From an uncultured Opitutales bacterium (GTDB lineage Bacteria; Myxococcota_A; UBA9160; SMWR01), in NCBI GenBank assembly GCA_964194865.1, contig CAXMOC010000141.1, forward strand, positions 8,370 through 72,369: a stretch of DNA of 64,000 nucleotides. The letters run 5' to 3'. Position numbers and translations under genes: made by a program. Of this stretch, positions 21,469-31,035 are shown in pieces (position 1 is the stretch's first letter; each line of letters opens with the position of its first letter). Under the pieces are notes generated by a model that saw only the letters and a program-made list of their open reading frames with translations, ran no database searches and was not told the DNA's origin.

Positions 21469-23448
21469 ATGACCAACGAAATCCTGATCAACGCGACCAC
21501 GGGCGAAACCCGCGTCGGCGTCATCGAGCGCAACACGTTCACCGAGCTGCACATCGAGCGCGATTCCGAGCGCAACGTGGCGGGGACCATCACCAAGGGA
21601 CGCGTCACACGCGTACTGCCGGGAATGCAGGCGGCCTTCGTCGACATCGGTCTGGAGAAAGCGGCCTTCCTTTACGCGGGCGACTACGTCGACGAGTCGG
21701 CACCGCTGGACGAATCCAGAACCCGCTCCAGGGCCGGACGCGGGCGCAACGGCGGCAACCGCCAGCAGCCACCCAACATCGACACGCTGCTCAAAGAGGG
21801 CCAGGAGATCGTCGTCCAGGTGGCCAAGGAGCCGATCGGCACCAAGGGCGCGCGCATCACCTCTCACATCTCGATTGCGGGCAGGCATCTGGTGGTTACG
21901 CCCCTCTCGCAGCGAGTGGGCGTGTCTCGCCGGATCGAATCCGACAAAGAGCGCCGTAGATTGCGCGAGATCGTCTCGCGTGTTCGACCCGGCGAGCTCG
22001 GCTTCATCATCCGCACTGCCGGCCAGGGCGCCAGCGAGGCCGATCTGGAAGCCGACGTGAAGTATCTGGCGGCGGTGTGGACCGACATCGAGGAGAAGCG
22101 AGCATCGGCAGATGCCCCGTCGGACCTCTACACGGAGCTTTCGCTGCCCATTCGGGTGATCCGTGACTTCGTCAACACCAAGACCAAGCGAATCGTGATC
22201 GACGACCGCGGCGTGTTCGACCAGATGAACGACTTCCTCACACGCTTCGTGGCAGATCCCAAGCCCCGGCTCGACCACTACGACGGCGCGCTTCCCATCT
22301 TCGACCACTTCAAGATCGAGTCGTCGATCGATGCCAATCTCGGCAAGAAGATTTGGCTCAAATCGGGCGGCTACCTGATCGTCGACCAGAGCGAAGCCCT
22401 CACGGCCATCGACGTGAACACAGGACGCTTCGTTGGCAAGCGCGACCTGGAGGACACAGTCCTTCGGACGAATCTCGAGGCGGTCAAGGAAGTCGTCTAC
22501 CAGCTCCGGTTCCGGAACATCGGCGGAATCATCATCATCGACCTGATCGACATGGAGAGTGCGGAGAATCGCGAGAACGTCTATCGCGCCCTGAAGGAAG
22601 CCCTCCGTCAGGACAAGGCGAAGACGAACATTCTCAAGATCTCCGAGCTCGGGCTCGTCGAGATGACCCGAAAGCGGACCCGCGAAAATCTCGTCCAGCA
22701 GCTCTGCGAGCCCTGTGCGTACTGCGAGGGACGCGGATATCTGCTCTCCAGCGAGAGCATGGCGTACAAGGTGTTGCGCGAGATTCGCAAGGACCTCCCG
22801 CGCTTCTGCGGCCGGACGATCGCAATCAGCGTCAACCCACGGGTCGCGGAGATCCTGCTCTCTCGGGCCCACAAGGCGTGGACCAAGCTCGGCGAAGAGC
22901 TCGGGCGCGAAATCGAGATCCGTGGACGCCCCGGTCTGCACCAGGAGCAGTTCGAGGTGACGGCGCTGGACGACGGCCCCCCGGTATCGCTGCCGCTCCA
23001 GTGGCTCGATGACCCGAAAGAAACGGAGCCGAGCGAGACACCGGAGGCCGAGGCCTCGAGCGGCCTCGAGCCGCCGGCCGCCGCAGAAACTCCGGGAGCC
23101 CGCGCACCCGAAGCGCCCGAAGCCGAGACGCCGCCGTCTGTGGCGACCCCGGCCCAAACAGAACCAGAGCCGGTCGGAGCGGCGGAAACCTCCGCTGCCG
23201 AGCCGGAGACCGTCACGCCGGAACCGCAGGACGTCAGCGACCGCCCTGCCGGCCCCCAGGAAGCCGGAGAATCCGCGGGAGCAACACCCGAGGGGGCAGC
23301 GGAGGCCGAGGTCGAGGCGGGACCCGAGAAACAGCCCCGCGAGGCGGTTCCAGGCATTCAGGCGATCGGAGCCGGGGTGGCGGAAATGGTTGACGTAGAG
23401 GCGGAAACCCCGATACTGCCTCCTCCCTCGAAAGCGGAGGAGTCGTGA
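21469..23448 (+). CDS. rne: Ribonuclease E/G family, with acidic Pro/Ala/Glu-rich C-terminal tail
   Basis: S1 RVLPGMQAAFVDIG, KEPIGTKGAR, TAIDVNTG, RNIGGIIIIDLIDM, Zn-link CAYCEGRG. Confidence 0.9.
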   Translation: MTNEILINATTGETRVGVIERNTFTELHIERDSERNVAGTITKGRVTRVLPGMQAAFVDIGLEKAAFLYAGDYVDESAPLDESRTRSRAGRGRNGGNRQQPPNIDTLLKEGQEIVVQVAKEPIGTKGARITSHISIAGRHLVVTPLSQRVGVSRRIESDKERRRLREIVSRVRPGELGFIIRTAGQGASEADLEADVKYLAAVWTDIEEKRASADAPSDLYTELSLPIRVIRDFVNTKTKRIVIDDRGVFDQMNDFLTRFVADPKPRLDHYDGALPIFDHFKIESSIDANLGKKIWLKSGGYLIVDQSEALTAIDVNTGRFVGKRDLEDTVLRTNLEAVKEVVYQLRFRNIGGIIIIDLIDMESAENRENVYRALKEALRQDKAKTNILKISELGLVEMTRKRTRENLVQQLCEPCAYCEGRGYLLSSESMAYKVLREIRKDLPRFCGRTIAISVNPRVAEILLSRAHKAWTKLGEELGREIEIRGRPGLHQEQFEVTALDDGPPVSLPLQWLDDPKETEPSETPEAEASSGLEPPAAAETPGARAPEAPEAETPPSVATPAQTEPEPVGAAETSAAEPETVTPEPQDVSDRPAGPQEAGESAGATPEGAAEAEVEAGPEKQPREAVPGIQAIGAGVAEMVDVEAETPILPPPSKAEES

Positions 23449-23759
23449 TGTACGCCGTCGTTCGGACGGGAGGGAAGCAGCTTCGTGTCGAGCCGGGAGC
23501 CGCGGTTCGGGTGGAGAAGCTCGACGGCTCGGTGGGTGATTCCATCGAGCTCTCCGAAGTTCTGCTCGTGGGCGGAGGTGAGCAGGCCAGGATCGGTACA
23601 CCGCTGATCGAGGGCGCGAAGGTGGTTGGGACGATCACCGCCCAGGCGCGCGGAAAGAAGCTCATTATCTTCAAGATGAAGCGGCGCAAGGGCTATCGCC
23701 GAAAGTCCGGGCACCGGCAGTCGTACACCGAGATCCGAGTGGACAAGATCGAGGCCTGA
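23448..23759 (+). CDS. rplU: 50S ribosomal protein L21
   Basis: MYAVVRTGGKQ...GHRQSYT. Confidence 0.97.
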   Translation: MYAVVRTGGKQLRVEPGAAVRVEKLDGSVGDSIELSEVLLVGGGEQARIGTPLIEGAKVVGTITAQARGKKLIIFKMKRRKGYRRKSGHRQSYTEIRVDKIEA

Positions 23760-23762
23760 GCC

Positions 23763-24017
23763 ATGGCACACAAAAAAGGGCAGGGAAGTTCACGCAACGG
23801 CCGCGACAGCCAGGGGCAGCGGCGCGGGATGAAGGTGTTCGGGGGTCAGACCGTGACCGCGGGCGCAATCCTGGTGCGCCAACTCGGCACGCGGATCCAC
23901 CCAGGGCGCAACGTGGGTCTTGGTCGCGACTACACACTATTCGCCCTCAGCAACGGCGTAGTCCACTACGGCAAATCGCGCGGCCGCGTAGTGGCGCGGA
24001 TCGACGCGAGCTCCTAG
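23763..24017 (+). CDS. rpmA: 50S ribosomal protein L27
   Basis: [16 protein letters not shown]...GRDYTLFAL. Confidence 0.98.
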   Translation: MAHKKGQGSSRNGRDSQGQRRGMKVFGGQTVTAGAILVRQLGTRIHPGRNVGLGRDYTLFALSNGVVHYGKSRGRVVARIDASS

Positions 24018-24090
24018 GAGCACGACCTCCTAGCACCCACGCTCCGCGAACATCCGCCTCTGCGGGCTCGCGGAGGACGGTCTTGAACCG

Positions 24091-25146
24091 ATGAATCCCG
24101 GCGAATCGTTCATCGACGAGGTGACGATCTCCGTTCGCGCTGGTGACGGCGGTGACGGTTGTGTCAGCATGCGGCGCGAAAAGTTTGTGCCGCGTGGGGG
24201 CCCCAACGGCGGAGACGGCGGCAACGGCGGCGACATCGTGATCACCGCCGACCGCGGCCTCTCGACGCTGCAGGATCGGCGCATGCGCCGCGTGATTCGC
24301 TCAGAGTCGGGCGACAAGGGTGGCGGTTCCAACCGCACGGGTCGCGGGGGGCGCATGGAGGCGATCCGGGTGCCCGTCGGAACGATCGTTTTCGACTGCA
24401 GCGGCGACGACGAGGCGCTGCTCGCCGATCTCTGTGCAGATGGAGATGAGGTGCTGATCGCGCACGGCGGGCGGGGCGGCCGCGGCAATGCCCGGTTCGC
24501 CAAAGCGACGCGCCAGACACCCGACTTCGCCGAGCGCGGACAGCCCGGCCAACTACGCGAGCTGCGCCTTTCGCTCAAGCTGCTCGCGGACGTCGGGCTG
24601 GTGGGGTTCCCGAACGCCGGCAAGTCTACGCTATTGCGCCGCATCTCGGCCGCCAAGCCGCGCGTCGCCGCCTACCCGTTCACCACCCTGACGCCGTCTC
24701 TGGGTGTCGTCGAGGTAGGCGATCGCCGCATCGTCGCGGCGGACATACCGGGCCTGATCGAGGGTGCCAGCGGCGGAGTCGGTCTGGGGCACCGGTTCTT
24801 GCGCCACATCGAACGAACCCGGGTGCTCGTGCACCTGTTGGATGCCGGAAGTCTCGTCCTCGAGTCCGCAGATCTCCTGCAGCGCTACGGGGCAATCCGG
24901 CACGAGCTCGGCGCCTACCAGCCCGAGCTGTTGGAACGCGAAGAGCTCGTCGTCTTGAGCAAGATCGATCTGGTTCCGGATCCGAGGGTCCTCGAGTCCG
25001 TGGAGGCCGAGCTGCGCGGCCGCGGCCTTCGGGTCCTGCGAGTCTCCGCGGCCACCGGTGCCGGCGTCAATGCCCTGCAGCAGGCAATGCTGCAATCCGT
25101 CGACGCCGCTGACGCCGCGCCGCAATCGGACGAGGGCGTGGCATGA
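24091..25146 (+). CDS. obgE: GTPase ObgE/CgtA
   Basis: Gly-rich Obg fold, GFPNAGKS, YPFTT, DIPG, SKID. Confidence 0.97.
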   Translation: MNPGESFIDEVTISVRAGDGGDGCVSMRREKFVPRGGPNGGDGGNGGDIVITADRGLSTLQDRRMRRVIRSESGDKGGGSNRTGRGGRMEAIRVPVGTIVFDCSGDDEALLADLCADGDEVLIAHGGRGGRGNARFAKATRQTPDFAERGQPGQLRELRLSLKLLADVGLVGFPNAGKSTLLRRISAAKPRVAAYPFTTLTPSLGVVEVGDRRIVAADIPGLIEGASGGVGLGHRFLRHIERTRVLVHLLDAGSLVLESADLLQRYGAIRHELGAYQPELLEREELVVLSKIDLVPDPRVLESVEAELRGRGLRVLRVSAATGAGVNALQQAMLQSVDAADAAPQSDEGVA

Positions 25147-26291
25147 ATGCGACCCATGACAACGCGCGCGATGCGGCGGCCAATGCTCGCCGCATCGTGG
25201 TGAAGATCGGCAGTAGCGTGCTCACGCGAAGCGGCTCGCTGGAGCCGCGCGTCTTCGGCGCGATCTCCCGGCAGGTGGTAGCGCTGTGCGATGCGGGGCG
25301 GGAGGTGGTGATCGTTTCATCGGGAGCCATCGCGATCGGCAGCCGCGAGCTCGGTTGGAGTCAGCCGGGGCGGACGATTCCCGAGAAGCAGGCAGCGGCG
25401 GCTGTCGGACAGATCGGACTCGTCGAACTCTACCGCCGGCGCTTCGCGCGACGCGGACGCCGTGTCGGCCAGATTCTGGTCACCCGGGAGGGGCTCGAGA
25501 ACCGCGAGCGATTCCTCAACGCCCGACACACGCTCTTGGAGCTTCTGCGCATCGGAGCCGTCCCGATCGTCAACGAGAACGACACGGTCTCGACCGAGGA
25601 GATTCGCTTCGGAGACAACGACAATCTCTCAGCGACCGTCGTCAACCTCGTGGGAGCAGATCTGCTCGTGATCCTCACGGATGTCGACGGCCTGTATCGC
25701 GAGCCCCCCGGCGCCGATTCCAAACCGCCCCTCTTCGACGTGGTAGAGCGTGTTACCAAAGAGGTCGACCAGGCTGCAGGGGGGTCGGATCACGCCTTCG
25801 GGCGGGGAGGGATGCGAACCAAGCTGGAAGCCGCGCAGGTCGCAGCCCGCTGCGGCGCGGCGACGGTGCTGTGCAACGGTCGCCGTCGGGACATCCTGCT
25901 GCGCGTCGCCGCCGGCGAGCCCGTAGGTACTCTCTTCACCACCGGCAACCGCCTGGCGAGCCGCAAGCATTGGCTGGCGTTTACCAACCGGACCCGCGGC
26001 GAGCTGGTCATCGACGAGGGGGCGGTCAAAGCGATCGGCCGCCAGGGCAAGAGCTTGTTGGCGGTGGGAATCACCGAAGTGAAGGGCCCATTCCGGATGG
26101 GAGACTCGGTCTCCTGCGTCGACGAACGCGGCCGCGAGGTTGCGCGAGGACTCGTCGCGTACTCATCGGATGCGGTGGAACGCATCGCCCGACGTCCGAC
26201 GCGCCAGATCGCCCAGATGCTAGGATACTCCAACGGCGACGAGGTCATTCACCGAGACGACCTCGTGTTACTCGAGGATTCCTCCGGCTGA
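25143..26291 (+). CDS. proB: Glutamate 5-kinase with PUA domain
   Basis: VVKIGSS, SSGAIA, NENDTVS, FGDNDNL, GGMRTKL. Confidence 0.97.
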   Translation: MNATHDNARDAAANARRIVVKIGSSVLTRSGSLEPRVFGAISRQVVALCDAGREVVIVSSGAIAIGSRELGWSQPGRTIPEKQAAAAVGQIGLVELYRRRFARRGRRVGQILVTREGLENRERFLNARHTLLELLRIGAVPIVNENDTVSTEEIRFGDNDNLSATVVNLVGADLLVILTDVDGLYREPPGADSKPPLFDVVERVTKEVDQAAGGSDHAFGRGGMRTKLEAAQVAARCGAATVLCNGRRRDILLRVAAGEPVGTLFTTGNRLASRKHWLAFTNRTRGELVIDEGAVKAIGRQGKSLLAVGITEVKGPFRMGDSVSCVDERGREVARGLVAYSSDAVERIARRPTRQIAQMLGYSNGDEVIHRDDLVLLEDSSG

Positions 26292-26314
26292 ACCCTTCTC
26301 GAGGATGCGGCGAA

Positions 26315-27571
26315 ATGAGCCTTCAAGAGCAGGTCGTCGAGCTGGCGCGTATGGCGTGCGTCGCTTCCGAACGCGTCGCCGAGCTTTCCACCCGCGAGAA
26401 GAACGAGTGGTTGCTGCGCTGCGCCGATCGTCTCGAAGGGGCTCGGCCCGACATCATCATCGCCAACCAGGTGGATCTCGAAGGCGCCGCGCGCAACGGT
26501 ACGGCCGAGCCGCTGCGGAAGCGTCTGGAGCTTTCCGACGGGAAGTGGCGCGACATGATTTCGGGCTTGCGCGAAGTTGCGGCACTGCCGGATCCGGTGG
26601 GACGGGTGGAATCCACGACCGTGCGACCCAACGGGCTCGAGGTCGGCCGTATGCGGATCCCCCTCGGCGTGATCGGAATCATCTACGAGTCGCGGCCGAA
26701 CGTGACGGTGGATGCCGCGGCCCTGTGTGTGAAGGCCGGCAACGCGGTAGTGCTGCGGGGCGGGTCCGAAGCGATCGAGACGAACCGTGCCCTGGCCGCA
26801 GAGCTGCGGGCCGCGGCACGGGAAACGGCGGTCCCCGAAGCTGCCGTTGCGCTGATTCCGCACACCGACCGGGCTGCGATCGATACCCTGCTTCAGCTCG
26901 ACGAATACGTCGACCTCATCATTCCCCGCGGCGGTCCTGGCCTGATTCGGAAAGTCACGGAAAGCTCTCGGATACCCGTCATCAAGCATGACGCTGGAGT
27001 GTGTCATATCTTCATCGACGCCAGCGCCAACGCCGAGATGGCAGTGCGAATTGCAGTCGATTCGAAGGTCTCGCAGATGGCCGTGTGCAACGGTTTGGAG
27101 ACCCTGCTCGTCCACCGCGATGCAGCCACCCGGGTCATGCCAGAGGTTCTCAAAGCTCTGCACGAAGAAGGCGTCGAGCTGCGCGGCTGCCCCACCACCT
27201 GCGAAATCTTCGGCGATGCGCTGGCTGTTGCCGAAAGTGACTGGAGCGAGGAATACCTGGCCCCGGTGTTGGCCGTGCGCGTGGTCGACGACCTGGATGC
27301 TGCGATCGAGCACATCCGTCGCTACGGGTCGGATCACACGGAGGTGATCGTCACGGACGACTACCGAAGCTCCCAGCAGTTTCTACGCCGCGTCAACTCC
27401 TCGACGGTCGGGGTCAACTGCTCCACCGCCTTCGCCGACGGCTACCGGTTGGGGCTCGGCGCGGAGATCGGCATCTCGACGTCGAAGCTCCACGCCTACG
27501 GCCCGATGGGCCTCGAGGGATTGACGACCCTCAAGTTCGTGCTCCGCGGAGATGGTCAGCTTCGCGAATGA
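26315..27571 (+). CDS. proA: Glutamate-5-semialdehyde dehydrogenase
   Basis: ATG at 26315 inside the longer ORF; GIIYESRPNVT, IPRGG, CNGLET, GAEIGISTSKLHAYGPMG. Confidence 0.97.
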   Translation: MSLQEQVVELARMACVASERVAELSTREKNEWLLRCADRLEGARPDIIIANQVDLEGAARNGTAEPLRKRLELSDGKWRDMISGLREVAALPDPVGRVESTTVRPNGLEVGRMRIPLGVIGIIYESRPNVTVDAAALCVKAGNAVVLRGGSEAIETNRALAAELRAAARETAVPEAAVALIPHTDRAAIDTLLQLDEYVDLIIPRGGPGLIRKVTESSRIPVIKHDAGVCHIFIDASANAEMAVRIAVDSKVSQMAVCNGLETLLVHRDAATRVMPEVLKALHEEGVELRGCPTTCEIFGDALAVAESDWSEEYLAPVLAVRVVDDLDAAIEHIRRYGSDHTEVIVTDDYRSSQQFLRRVNSSTVGVNCSTAFADGYRLGLGAEIGISTSKLHAYGPMGLEGLTTLKFVLRGDGQLRE

Positions 27572-28260
27572 CCGAGACACGCGCGCGAATCGGAATCCTC
27601 GGTGGAACCTTCAATCCGATCCACATCGGCCATCTGCGCGCCGCCGAAGAGGTCGTAGAGGCGCTCGATCTCGAGCGGATGGTCTTCGTGCCCTCGGCCG
27701 ATCCCCCCCACAAGACCGATGCTCCTGGCGACCCCATCGTCTCGGCCGAGCAGCGCCTCGAGTGGGTCGAGCTGGCGATTCGCGACAACCCGCGCTTCGA
27801 GGTCGACCCGCTGGAGATTTCGCGCGGTGGCGCGTCCTACTCGGTGGAGACGCTTCGAATCTTCGCGGAGCGAATCGCACCCGAGAAGCCGGTGTTCACG
27901 ATTGGTCAGGATGTCTTCGTCGAGATCGACTCCTGGTTCGACCCCGAGCGATTGTTCGAGCTGGCTCACGTCGCGGTGATCACGCGCCCGCCCGTTGCGT
28001 TGGTGTCGTTGGCCGATTGGCTGCCCCGCTGTATCCGTGGAGTCGTCAAGCCGGCACAGGGCGGTTTGTCTGCAACTCACGCCAGCGCGGGCACCTGGAT
28101 CCAGCTGGTCGACATTCCCGCGCTCGATATCTCTTCGTCGGACATCCGACGCCGAGCGCGCGAGGGCCGCTCGCTGCGCTATCTACTACCGCCGTCCGTC
28201 ATGGAATCCATCGAGAAAGGTCGAACCTATCGCGCGCTCGACGGAAAGGATCGAAATTGA
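27568..28260 (+). CDS. nadD: Nicotinate-nucleotide adenylyltransferase
   Basis: GGTFNPIHIGH (HxGH), PPHK, ISSSDIR. Confidence 0.95.
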   Translation: MTETRARIGILGGTFNPIHIGHLRAAEEVVEALDLERMVFVPSADPPHKTDAPGDPIVSAEQRLEWVELAIRDNPRFEVDPLEISRGGASYSVETLRIFAERIAPEKPVFTIGQDVFVEIDSWFDPERLFELAHVAVITRPPVALVSLADWLPRCIRGVVKPAQGGLSATHASAGTWIQLVDIPALDISSSDIRRRAREGRSLRYLLPPSVMESIEKGRTYRALDGKDRN

Positions 28261-28631
28261 GTGAGCCCGATCGCCTGGCCAGGGCTGCGTCGATCGTCGA
28301 GGCCGCCGAGAAGCGCCAGGCAGAGCGCATCGTCTGCCTGGATGTCCGCGAGCTCTCGTCCTTTACGGATACCTTCGTAATTGCCACCGGCACTTCGGAT
28401 CGGCACGTGCGTTCGATCGCCGAGGCGATCGAAGCCGCGCTCAAGAATGGCGGCGAACCAGCGCTGGGAAGCGAGGGCTACGATGAGGCTAGCTGGCTGC
28501 TGATCGACTGCGGCGACACCATCGTTCACGTCTTCCAGCAGGAAACACGCGATCGCTACGATCTCGAGCGGCTGTGGAGTGATGCGGCGGGTCTCGATCT
28601 GGCACCCGAGGCGCGGAGCGCCGGCCGGTGA
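28257..28631 (+). CDS. rsfS: Ribosome silencing factor
   Basis: TTG overlaps the nadD stop; FVIATGTSDRHV, WLLIDCGDTIVHVF...YDLERLW. Confidence 0.93.
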   Translation: MSEPDRLARAASIVEAAEKRQAERIVCLDVRELSSFTDTFVIATGTSDRHVRSIAEAIEAALKNGGEPALGSEGYDEASWLLIDCGDTIVHVFQQETRDRYDLERLWSDAAGLDLAPEARSAGR

Positions 28632-30163
28632 ACGGCCCCGTCGTACTGGTCGTACTCGACGGCTTCGGAATCGGCGATGGTGGCGCCGCCGATGCGACCT
28701 CCATTGCCCACACGCCCTTCTTCGCCCGCGCCCGCGCCGACTACCCCAGCGCCCAACTCGAAACCTCGGGCGAGTCGGTCGGGCTGCCGCCTGGACAGAT
28801 GGGGAATTCCGAGGTCGGGCACATGACGATGGGCGCCGGTCGGATCGTGCCGCAGGAGCTGACCCGGATCACGCAGGCGCTGGAGAGCGGGGAACTCGAG
28901 AGCAACGACGCCATTCAATCGGCCCTGGCGGCACTCCAGGCGAGCGGCGGCAATCTCCATCTCATGGGGCTGGTCTCCGATGGTGGTGTTCACAGCCAGA
29001 TCGAGCACCTCGAGAAGCTGCTCGATTTCCTGGCAGGCCGCGGCATCCAACCGGCCGTGCACGCTTTCCTGGACGGCCGCGACACTCCCCCGAAATCTGG
29101 CCGCGAGTACCTGCGCAAGCTGGTCTCTCACCTCGACCGCAGCGGCGGCCGAGTGGCGACGGTGAGTGGCCGCTACTACGCGATGGACCGCGACAGCCGT
29201 TGGGAGCGCATCTCCGAGGCCTATCACGCGATCGTCTGTGGCGAGGGCGCGATGGCCTCCAATCCGGACGCCGCCGTCGAGGCCGCCTACATGCGAGGCG
29301 AAACCGACGAGTTCGTGAAGCCCACCGTCGTCGATGGCGGCGCTCCGCTCCGCGACGGGGACGCGGTGATCTTCTTCAACTTTCGCGCGGATCGGGCACG
29401 CCAGCTGACCAACGCGTTGACCACCGCCCGGCCCGAGCACTTCGAGGGCAAGCTCGATCGCCGCCGCGTGGCTGCGCTGGCCGCCTTCGTGTGTTTCACG
29501 GTGTATGACGCGAAGTTCGATCTGGCCGTCGCGTTTCGGTCGGAGGTTCCCCCCAACAGCCTGGGCGAAATCGTCGCGAAGGCGGGCCTCGATCAACTCC
29601 GCATCGCCGAAACCGAAAAGTACGCCCACGTGACCTTCTTCTTCAACGGCGGCCAGGAGACGCCATTCACCGGTGAAGATCGCGCGCTGATTCCTTCGCC
29701 ACGCGACGTCGCCACCTACGATCACAAGCCCGAGATGAGCGCCTTCGCTCTGACCGACGAGGTGTTGCGACGTGTCTCGAGCCAGAAATACGCGTTCATC
29801 CTGATCAACTACGCGAACCCGGACATGGTGGGTCACACCGGAGTGTTGGACGCCGCAGTCAAGGCGGTCGAGACCGTAGACCGCGGTCTGGAGCGCCTGG
29901 CCGAAGCGGTACTGGCGCACGCCGGAGCACTACTGATCACCGCGGACCATGGAAATTGCGAACTGATGCTGGACCCCGAGAGCGGACAACCTCACACCGC
30001 CCACACGACGAACCCCGTACCCATCTTCTGGATCGAGGCCGGGGCGGTCGGCCACCAGCTGCGGGACGGAGGGCTCGCGGATCTGGCGCCGACGCTTCTC
30101 GAGTTGTTGGGTCTCTCGAAACCCCAGGAAATGAGCGGCCGCAGTCTGATCGTTCGCGGCTGA
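28628..30163 (+). CDS. gpmI: 2,3-bisphosphoglycerate-independent phosphoglycerate mutase
   Basis: VLDGFG, GNSEVGH, DGRDTPP, ETEKYAHVT, PDMVGH, TADHGN. Confidence 0.97.
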   Translation: MNGPVVLVVLDGFGIGDGGAADATSIAHTPFFARARADYPSAQLETSGESVGLPPGQMGNSEVGHMTMGAGRIVPQELTRITQALESGELESNDAIQSALAALQASGGNLHLMGLVSDGGVHSQIEHLEKLLDFLAGRGIQPAVHAFLDGRDTPPKSGREYLRKLVSHLDRSGGRVATVSGRYYAMDRDSRWERISEAYHAIVCGEGAMASNPDAAVEAAYMRGETDEFVKPTVVDGGAPLRDGDAVIFFNFRADRARQLTNALTTARPEHFEGKLDRRRVAALAAFVCFTVYDAKFDLAVAFRSEVPPNSLGEIVAKAGLDQLRIAETEKYAHVTFFFNGGQETPFTGEDRALIPSPRDVATYDHKPEMSAFALTDEVLRRVSSQKYAFILINYANPDMVGHTGVLDAAVKAVETVDRGLERLAEAVLAHAGALLITADHGNCELMLDPESGQPHTAHTTNPVPIFWIEAGAVGHQLRDGGLADLAPTLLELLGLSKPQEMSGRSLIVRG

Positions 30164-30200
30164 CGACTCTCAACCAACACCGGTCCCGTGGAGCGACAGC

Positions 30201-30986
30201 GTGCCGCGCCCGTTCACGCGAACTCCGCTTCGGCGCGCTCGCGCAGCGCGCTGGCTGCGGGACCTCTCAAAGGGGGCCCTCGACCTCGCGTTACCGGCTA
30301 CTTGCGCGTCGTGCGGGGTCGCGGTTGATGCCGAGACGTCGCTGTGCCCTCCGTGCGACCGCCGGCTGGAGCGCATCGCGCCCGAGCGCTGTCGGCTCTG
30401 CCAGGAAGCCGGCCCGGCGCGGGGCATCCTGTGCGCCGCCTGTGAGCTCTCGGTATCGCCGCTCTCCGCCTGCGTGGCCGCGGTGCGCTTCGCTGGAGAA
30501 ACCGAAGCCTGGATCCACCGGTTCAAATATCCTCGTGCCGGCCTGCGTGGACTCGACCCGGCGCCGCTCGCGGTGGTCGCGACGCTCCTGCGCGAGGCCT
30601 CGAGGCGCGCTCCAGGCGGGCGGCCCGACCTGGTGGTCCCCGTGCCCTTGCACCCCAAGCGGCTCCGAGCGCGCGGCTTCAACCCCGCCGCACTGCTCGC
30701 CAGATCCCTGGCGTCTCAGCTCCAGCTTCCTCGCGACCTGGTAGCGCTTCGACGGATTCGCGATACGCCGAGTCAGACCGGGTTGGGGCGGCGCGAGCGG
30801 CGCCGCAACCTGCGGGGAGCATTCCGCGTCCGGCGGGGACACCGCGTGCCCGAGCGGGTCTGGCTCGTCGACGACGTCGTGACGACGGGCAGCACCCTTT
30901 CCGAGGCCGCCTTCGCGCTGCGACGCGCTGGCGCCGAAACAGTCATCGGAATCTGCGCGGCGCGACGGTTGCGATTGGAGCCCTGA
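30201..30986 (+). CDS. comF: ComF family protein (double zinc ribbon plus PRTase)
   Basis: CASC/CPPC/CRLC/CAAC, VPVPLH...RGFN, LVDDVVTTGST. Confidence 0.88.
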   Translation: MPRPFTRTPLRRARAARWLRDLSKGALDLALPATCASCGVAVDAETSLCPPCDRRLERIAPERCRLCQEAGPARGILCAACELSVSPLSACVAAVRFAGETEAWIHRFKYPRAGLRGLDPAPLAVVATLLREASRRAPGGRPDLVVPVPLHPKRLRARGFNPAALLARSLASQLQLPRDLVALRRIRDTPSQTGLGRRERRRNLRGAFRVRRGHRVPERVWLVDDVVTTGSTLSEAAFALRRAGAETVIGICAARRLRLEP

Positions 30987-31035
30987 GGCGCCCCTCTTGA
31001 AGCGGCGGCCCTTGAAGCGCCGACCAGGAGGCGGC

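Noticed and set aside
23763..24017. Prp-cleaved N-terminal extension on L27
   Set aside because: L27 starts directly at MAHKK and no prp gene lies between rplU and rpmA
25286..27571. 761-aa ORF suggesting a ProB-ProA fusion or extended ProA
   Set aside because: The upstream part is an alternative frame of proB; proA starts at ATG 26315
27552..28631. 359-aa ORF suggesting an extended RsfS
   Set aside because: The N-terminal part is an off-frame overlap of nadD; TTG 28257 has an SD-like sequence and gives normal length
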